Of a stretch of DNA of 64,000 nucleotides, positions 58,516 through 64,000 are shown piece after piece. A program made the position numbers and the translations under genes. Position 1 is the first letter of the stretch; every line of letters starts with the position of its first letter. The notes beneath the pieces are model-generated. The model worked only from the letters and a program-made list of their open reading frames with translations. It made no database searches and was not told where the DNA came from. This DNA is from an uncultured Candidatus Saccharibacteria bacterium (GTDB taxonomy: Bacteria > Patescibacteriota > UBA1384 > JAMDBS01 > CAYSHH01), in the NCBI GenBank assembly GCA_964430945.1, contig CAYSHH010000001.1, forward strand, positions 6,473 through 70,472, in the 5' to 3' direction.

Positions 58516-59629
58516 AATTCTCCTTATCCCCCGATTTAAGACTTTGTTTATAATTTGTTATATAGAGCCACGCAATTGCTATATATTTAAATAATACCAA
58601 AGTTTGTAGCCAATAAACATGCTCTTTGAACCAAAAAAGAAACAATATTTGTAATCCATTTGGAATTTCAAGTAAATAGAACGCTCGCTTATCTACATTG
58701 TATGCCGTAAGCACCAAAAATGGCAACAAGTATATATTATATTGTGGAGAATATATTCGATCGGTCATTATAAATATAAGAATCACTGCGATACAAAGAT
58801 TTACAATCGACGTTTTTCTAAGTTTAACCCAGGTGAATAAATATAATAATGCAAACAATCCCAAGCTCATCCACCCCATTTTATCACCTAAAAATTGGTA
58901 AAAAATCCACCAATAAGTTCCATTTTCCGGACCCTTAGAAAGATTCTGCCCAATTTGCCAAGTATATGGAAATACCCATTTTGAAAAATCACCTATCATG
59001 TATGGCAAATTGAGCCCAATAACTATCAACACAAATATCAGCCCCAGCCTCCACCAATCTTTTTTTGGTGATTTTAAAATAAAGATAGGTACTAAAAATA
59101 TCGGAAATACCTTCAATACTGTACCTATTGCCAAGCTTACAATTGCTCCATAATATTTTTTCTTAAAAAATAAATATAAAGCTAGAACTATAAGAAACAC
59201 TACTGGCAGGTCATAATTGATAAACGAATATGCGATAAAAGATGGCGCGAATATCCAAAAAACCCAAATACTATTTTTGCTTTTATTTTTATCTCGTTTA
59301 ATAATCTTATAAAGTAATAATGTTGTACCGATTGCGAATAGACTAAGTATAATTGTATTCACAGTAAAAAACTGGATATAACTCTCATATTTGTTAAATT
59401 GCATAAACTCATAAAAAAATCTTAGTCCGGCCGGATACTCTGGTGGATACACGGCATGTTGTCTTCCAAGATAATTGGTCCAAAAATTCCATAAATCACC
59501 GGGATATGTCATAAGGTGTCTATAAAGATATATATAAATCTCTTCCTTATAACGCATCAGGTACCCAGGAATTAAAGCTAGCACAGTCCCCAACAGTAAA
59601 TATATTAATTTTTTATACTTTTTAAACAT
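58502..59629 (-). CDS. Polytopic integral membrane protein (possible GT-C-type glycosyltransferase / DUF2029-like), function unknown
   Basis: 375 aa, about 10 TM helices, Trp/Tyr-rich loops. Confidence 0.45.
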   Translation of the reverse strand: MFKKYKKLIYLLLGTVLALIPGYLMRYKEEIYIYLYRHLMTYPGDLWNFWTNYLGRQHAVYPPEYPAGLRFFYEFMQFNKYESYIQFFTVNTIILSLFAIGTTLLLYKIIKRDKNKSKNSIWVFWIFAPSFIAYSFINYDLPVVFLIVLALYLFFKKKYYGAIVSLAIGTVLKVFPIFLVPIFILKSPKKDWWRLGLIFVLIVIGLNLPYMIGDFSKWVFPYTWQIGQNLSKGPENGTYWWIFYQFLGDKMGWMSLGLFALLYLFTWVKLRKTSIVNLCIAVILIFIMTDRIYSPQYNIYLLPFLVLTAYNVDKRAFYLLEIPNGLQILFLFWFKEHVYWLQTLVLFKYIAIAWLYITNYKQSLKSGDKENYEKT

Positions 59630-59734
59630 GTCTTAATTTTAGCATAAAAAAATTTTAACTTATCCTCTTGAAAAAATATTGTCTTGTCTGTTATTATTAA
59701 TAACGCACCTAAAAAAGATAATTTATAATTTATT

Positions 59735-60178
59735 ATGAAAATTATAAGTCAGATCATAGACATAAAAACCAAAAAAGAATTAGAATTTATCGACATCAGC
59801 GATAAAATTATTAATTTTGTTAAAAAATCAAAAGTTATTAACGGTTTCATAAATATCCAGTCACTCCATACTACTGCATCTATCGTCGTCAACGAGAATG
59901 AACCACTTCTCATAAGAGATTTTATAAATCATCTTAAAAAATTAGCACCAAAAAATTTTGCCTACAACCACAACGATTTTACTCGTCGCACCGTAAACAT
60001 GTGCAATGGGGAATGCAAAAATGGTCATTCACATATCCGAGCACTTCATCTACCAACATCTGTTACCGTAAACGTAATAAAAGGTGCCCTTTCACTCGGC
60101 ACCTGGCAACGAATATTTTATATCGAACTAGATCACTCTCGTACTCGTAAAATAGGGCTTCAAATACTAGGACAATAA
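59735..60178 (+). CDS. yjbQ: YjbQ/UPF0047 family protein (secondary thiamine-phosphate synthase-like)
   Basis: 147 aa. HTTASIVVNENEPLL...HSHIRALHLPTSVTVNVIKGALSLGTWQRIFYIELDHSRTRKI. Confidence 0.8.
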   Translation: MKIISQIIDIKTKKELEFIDISDKIINFVKKSKVINGFINIQSLHTTASIVVNENEPLLIRDFINHLKKLAPKNFAYNHNDFTRRTVNMCNGECKNGHSHIRALHLPTSVTVNVIKGALSLGTWQRIFYIELDHSRTRKIGLQILGQ

Positions 60179-60186
60179 CTTCAGAA

Positions 60187-60222
60187 CCAAATAAGTACAC
60201 CCCGCAGGGTGTACTTATTTGG
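60187..60222. terminator. Bidirectional terminator hairpin between convergent yjbQ and tatD
   Basis: 16-bp perfect stem CCAAATAAGTACACCC-cgca-GGGTGTACTTATTTGG, flanked by T-rich sequence. Confidence 0.6.
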
Positions 60223-60223
60223 T

Positions 60224-61114
60224 TTAAATAGTAAATAGCTTCTCAGCGTTCTTTGTAGTTTGTTTCTCAACTATCTCAACACTAATATTTTTTATCTCAG
60301 CAATTTTCTTAGCAATTACTGGTATATACATTGGCTCATTCCTTTTGCCACGATACGGATCTGGCGCTAAAAATGGACAATCTGTTTCAAGAACAATTTT
60401 ATCAAGTGTTATTTTTTTTATAACTTCTTGCAGCTCAACTGATTTCTTAAAAGTCACAATTCCATTTACACCTATATAAAAACCCAACTCAATAAATTTC
60501 CGAACTTGTTTTGCATTACCCAAAAAACAATGTATCACTCCTCTTAAATTGTCTTTAAATTTTGATTTATCATTTTGCATTTTCAATTTTGCATTTTCAA
60601 TTATTCCTATCATCTCATCATATGCTCCATAAGGATCTTCCTCACTTCCTCTACAGTGAAGTACTAATGGCAAATTATTTTCAATCGCAAGCTCAATATG
60701 TGCTTGAAACACTTTTTTTTGAATTTCTTTTTCATCTTTTACCTTGCCCACATGAAAATAATCCAATCCCGTTTCACCAATTCCAACTATCGCGTCTCTA
60801 CTTTGATCTATTAATTCTTGATATTTTTCTTTATCAAATATCTCTTTTTTAGTTTTAAATTTATACTCTTTTCCATCAAACTTTGCGCTCTCAGTAATAT
60901 CTTGAGTTAGATGTATCGGATGACATCCAATAACTGCTTTCATTTTCACATTTTGAACATTTTTGATCATTTGAACGGCTTTGACGCTTGTTTCATAGTT
61001 ACTTCCAATATTTACAATCTTTTTTACTCCAGCCTCAAAAGAACGTTTCAAAACGTCATCAATCTCCCCCTCGTATTCACGGAAATTAATATGTGCATGA
61101 GTATCGATAAACAT
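60224..61114 (-). CDS. tatD: TatD-family metal-dependent DNase/hydrolase
   Basis: 296 aa. N-terminal MFIDTHAHIN and TIM-barrel His/Glu/Asp metal ligands. Confidence 0.9.
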   Translation of the reverse strand: MFIDTHAHINFREYEGEIDDVLKRSFEAGVKKIVNIGSNYETSVKAVQMIKNVQNVKMKAVIGCHPIHLTQDITESAKFDGKEYKFKTKKEIFDKEKYQELIDQSRDAIVGIGETGLDYFHVGKVKDEKEIQKKVFQAHIELAIENNLPLVLHCRGSEEDPYGAYDEMIGIIENAKLKMQNDKSKFKDNLRGVIHCFLGNAKQVRKFIELGFYIGVNGIVTFKKSVELQEVIKKITLDKIVLETDCPFLAPDPYRGKRNEPMYIPVIAKKIAEIKNISVEIVEKQTTKNAEKLFTI

Positions 61115-61134
61115 AAAAATATATTAGTAAATAA

Positions 61135-62565
61135 CTACTTAATTCTTGGGAATAACGGCTCAGCTTTCAAGGTTTCAAGTTGTTTTTTTATCTTTTCAGA
61201 AGTTTCTGGTAAAAATGGTTCTAAAGATAATGCCACAGTTTGTATTTCAAAAAATATTCTCTCGAATAATTCAACTAATACTTTTTTATCTTTAATTTCC
61301 CATGGTTTCTTAAGTTCTATAATTCTATTTGCAGATCGAATTCTTTGCCAAATATTCTCCAATATAAAACCAAAATTATATTGTTCGATATTTTCCGCAA
61401 ATATTTTCTCAGAGCTATTATATATCGGTTGTGCATCTTTATGATAGTTATCTAGCTTTAATTGATTTTTTTCTGCCATTTTTACAGCTCGCATTACCAA
61501 ATTCCCAAGCTCATTCGCAAGCTCCCCATTATAAACCTCATCAAATCTCTTCTGAGAGAAATCTCCATCTCCAGTTGCAGGAATTTCTTTAAGTAAATAA
61601 TATCTTAGTGCATCAGTCCCATATTTCTCAATAATTACAAATGGATCTACAACATTACCCATTGATTTGCTCATCTTTTTTCCCTCAGAAGTAATCCATC
61701 CGTGAACAAATATCGTTTTCGGAAGTTTTAATTCAGCTGACATAAGCATTGCTGGCCAGATAGCTGCATGAAATTTTAATATATCTTTACCAATACAATG
61801 AATATCTGCAGGCCAATATTTTTTAAATTTTGATTCGTCTTTTTGTCCATAATTAAGACCAGTTAGATAATTTGATAGTGCGTCACACCACACATACATC
61901 ACGTGTGATTCATCACCAGGTACAGGTATGCCCCAAGGCAATTTATCTTTTGGACGAGAAAAACTAACATCAGTAAGTTCAGCCAAGATATTTAATACTT
62001 CATTCTTTCTCGACTCAGGTACAATTTTAAGTTCATCGCTTTGAATTTTTTCTATAATTTGATTTTTATAGTCGGTCAATTTGAAAAAGTAATTCTCTTC
62101 TTTCACAACCTCTGGTTCTTTATTATGATTTGGACATTTACCATCAACTAGATCACGCTTTGTAAGAAATGCTTCACAACCAGCACAATACATTCCTTCA
62201 TAACTTTTTTTGTAAATATCACCTTTTTCTGCCAATTTTTTCCATAATTTTTGTGCCCCAGGCCAATGTGCTTTTTCATCAGATGTTGATATAAAATTAT
62301 CATTTGATATATCGAGTTTTTTTGCTAATTCTTTAAATTCTTTGATATTATCATCAACAAACTGTTTCGGGGTAATCTTTTTTTCCTCTGCACTACGAAA
62401 TATTTTTATTCCATGATCGTCTGTTCCTGTCAAAAAAAACACATCATTTTTTTGATCATGATAATATCGAGCTATTACATCAGCTTGTACCAACTCTAAA
62501 GCATACCCAATATGGGGCTTAGCATTAGTATAGGCGATTGATGTTGTTATATATTTTTTCTTCAT
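61135..62565 (-). CDS. metG: Methionyl-tRNA synthetase (short form, no C-terminal tRNA-binding appendage)
   Basis: 476 aa. HIGH-type motif (KPHIGYA) and KMSKSMGNVVDP. Confidence 0.9.
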   Translation of the reverse strand: MKKKYITTSIAYTNAKPHIGYALELVQADVIARYYHDQKNDVFFLTGTDDHGIKIFRSAEEKKITPKQFVDDNIKEFKELAKKLDISNDNFISTSDEKAHWPGAQKLWKKLAEKGDIYKKSYEGMYCAGCEAFLTKRDLVDGKCPNHNKEPEVVKEENYFFKLTDYKNQIIEKIQSDELKIVPESRKNEVLNILAELTDVSFSRPKDKLPWGIPVPGDESHVMYVWCDALSNYLTGLNYGQKDESKFKKYWPADIHCIGKDILKFHAAIWPAMLMSAELKLPKTIFVHGWITSEGKKMSKSMGNVVDPFVIIEKYGTDALRYYLLKEIPATGDGDFSQKRFDEVYNGELANELGNLVMRAVKMAEKNQLKLDNYHKDAQPIYNSSEKIFAENIEQYNFGFILENIWQRIRSANRIIELKKPWEIKDKKVLVELFERIFFEIQTVALSLEPFLPETSEKIKKQLETLKAEPLFPRIK

Positions 62566-62591
62566 TTTATCTTTAAATTTAATATCTTTCC

Positions 62592-62888
62592 CTAATGTAC
62601 ATCAAATTTCTTGGCTAATATTTCAAATTTTGTAAATTCATCTTTATATTTTTGATAATAAGGCTCACATCTCTCAACTTGTGCATTTTTAGGTCCAACC
62701 TTGCACCACTCAATAAATTTTTTGATATCTGCTTTACTTCCTTCTGCTGTCATCACCACCTGACCAGTTTCAGTATTCAGTGCCCATCCTGTAATTCCAA
62801 GTTTATTTGCAAAATCCTGTGCAGCTTTTCTAAATCCTACCCCTTTTACTTTTCCATAAATAGTAATTTTTACACGCGACTTAGGCAT
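62592..62888 (-). CDS. acyP: Acylphosphatase
   Basis: 98 aa. VKGVGFRKAAQDFANKLGITGWALNT. Confidence 0.85.
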   Translation of the reverse strand: MPKSRVKITIYGKVKGVGFRKAAQDFANKLGITGWALNTETGQVVMTAEGSKADIKKFIEWCKVGPKNAQVERCEPYYQKYKDEFTKFEILAKKFDVH

Positions 62889-63553
62889 ATACTCACCTCT
62901 CCTTTAATTTTCTTATCTTTTAATTTTTCAATAATATCTTTGATATTTCCTCTTATAATTTCTTCGAATTTCTTTGTCATCTCGCGACCTATCACCACTT
63001 GCCAATCACCAATCGCCGAAAAATCTCTCAATGTTCTTACTATTCTATAGGGAGATTCGTAGATAATGATCGCTATATCATCTTTTTTAAAATTTAACAT
63101 TTGAACTTTGATATTTTCTAAAAGTGTTTTTCTACCTTTTTTCTTCGGCAGAAAACCCAAAAAAAGAAATTTACCAGATCTATTTCCAGAAATTGAACTC
63201 AAAGTGGCTACAGCCGATACACCGGGAATTGGCACTACTTTTATTTTATTTTCAATTGCTCTGAAAATCAACTCTGCACCCGGGTCTGATACAGCTGGTG
63301 TCCCAGCATCAGATACAAGCGCCACATCGCTTTCCGATTTCAATATATCAATAATCTCATCAATCTTATAATTTTTTGAATGTTGATGATATGAAATCAT
63401 CTTTGTTTTTATGTCGTATCGCTGAAGTAGTTTTGCTGTTTGCCTAGTATCTTCACACGCAATGACGTAAACCGACTTTAAAATACGTACCCCACGGTAC
63501 GTTATATCTTCCATATTCCCTATCGGTGTTGCAACTACATAAAGTATTCCCAT
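62870..63553 (-). CDS. rsmI: 16S rRNA (cytidine1402-2'-O)-methyltransferase (tetrapyrrole-methylase fold)
   Basis: 227 aa. N-terminal GILYVVATPIGNMEDITYRGVRILK. Confidence 0.85.
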   Translation of the reverse strand: MGILYVVATPIGNMEDITYRGVRILKSVYVIACEDTRQTAKLLQRYDIKTKMISYHQHSKNYKIDEIIDILKSESDVALVSDAGTPAVSDPGAELIFRAIENKIKVVPIPGVSAVATLSSISGNRSGKFLFLGFLPKKKGRKTLLENIKVQMLNFKKDDIAIIIYESPYRIVRTLRDFSAIGDWQVVIGREMTKKFEEIIRGNIKDIIEKLKDKKIKGEVSICLSRV

Positions 63554-63590
63554 GTGATGATTCTAACAGGTCAAAAAACTAATTACAATA

Positions 63591-63640
63591 TTGACAATTG
63601 CCCATTTTTCGCGTATCATCTCTAAGTCTCTCGCGAGAGA
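63591..63640 (+). promoter_or_regulatory. sigma70-like promoter (TTGACA-17-TATCAT) with a 14-bp perfect palindrome TCTCTCGCGAGAGA just downstream of the -10
   Basis: -35 at 63591..63596, -10 at 63614..63619, palindrome at 63627..63640 over the predicted start site; upstream of the partial ORF at 63678. Confidence 0.45.
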
Positions 63641-63677
63641 TTCATTAAAAAATCAAAAGACGAAAGGGGAAAATGAT

Positions 63678-64000
63678 ATGTCAAAAATACTATCAATAAA
63701 AAAACACCGGGTAGAATACCAGCGGGTTTTACAATCTCTAGAAAAGGTACGCAATGAAATTTTTGAAATTTTTCTTTGGACGAAAAGAAACCCTTATCTC
63801 AAAGATGAAGCAATAAACAGAATTTATTCAAAATTGGCTAATCTTGTGCCACGTGCCAATAATATTAAGGAAATTGAACGAGAGATAGAAAATGCGAATT
63901 CTTTTATTCATATTTTTTATAACTCGTTACATGAAGAATTGAAAAAGAGTCTTAACGAGCATTTCTGCCAAGAAATTTCTTATCTAGGAGGTCGCTATGG
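63678..64000 (+). CDS. Hypothetical protein, 5' partial (continues beyond window)
   Basis: Open frame from ATG 63678 (MSKILSIKKHRVEYQRVLQSLEK...) to the window end, preceded by GAAAGGGGAAAATGAT. Confidence 0.4.
   Translation, partial: MSKILSIKKHRVEYQRVLQSLEKVRNEIFEIFLWTKRNPYLKDEAINRIYSKLANLVPRANNIKEIEREIENANSFIHIFYNSLHEELKKSLNEHFCQEISYLGGRY

Noticed and set aside
59630-59734. 10-bp palindrome TTATTAATAA in the divergent region upstream of yjbQ
   Set aside because: Pure A/T palindromes of this length are expected by chance at this base composition.

Overview
This 64-kb window is low-GC (about 30%), gene-dense, and almost entirely transcribed on the minus strand, in the style of a streamlined bacterial genome. 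Several features would fit a CPR/Patescibacteria-type organism, but that is inference only. TGA is used as a stop codon (the hydB/hydG/hydD overlaps end ..TGA), so the standard bacterial code applies. Main contents: (1) A dispersed rRNA locus, all on the minus strand: 16S (about 10098..11596) with its own promoter and a 27-bp leader/trailer processing stem, then a membrane ORF and a membrane-anchored ClpB/ClpC-like AAA+ ATPase, then tRNA-Ile(GAU) and tRNA-Ala(UGC), then seven protein genes, then the first ~56 nt of 23S at the left edge (1..56) with its own sigma70-like promoter. (2) tig, then two tandem paralogous small proteins and an HD-domain protein, then clpP and pepA, with no clpX. (3) A glycolysis cluster: pfkB-family kinase, class II fba, pgk, and further on gap-tpiA. 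(4) A four-gene group 3b (sulfhydrogenase-like) NiFe hydrogenase operon (beta, gamma, delta, alpha). It converges on a hypC gene encoding a His-rich C-terminal tail, which is followed by two co-operonic unknown proteins. (5) Translation genes: proS lacking the editing domain, frr, tsf, rpsB, rpmE, prfA, gatCAB, metG, rplI. (6) A 2.9-kb five-gene island lying between gatA and gatB, with all three gat genes on one strand, encoding a Pol-beta-type nucleotidyltransferase, a nucleoside 2-deoxyribosyltransferase/SLOG-like protein, a HEPN-like protein with an N-terminal hydrophobic anchor, and two unknowns. This is the best candidate for an undescribed nucleotide-signalling, toxin-antitoxin or defence system. 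(7) ligA; a LemA/DUF4870-like/DUF2207-like membrane trio; ctpA, mnmA, iscU, murT-gatD (lipid II isoglutaminyl synthase), iscS preceded by a Phd/YefM-fold protein carrying a Cx4Cx2C motif, pyrG, yjbQ, tatD, acyP, rsmI. No CRISPR array, transposase or integrase was seen.
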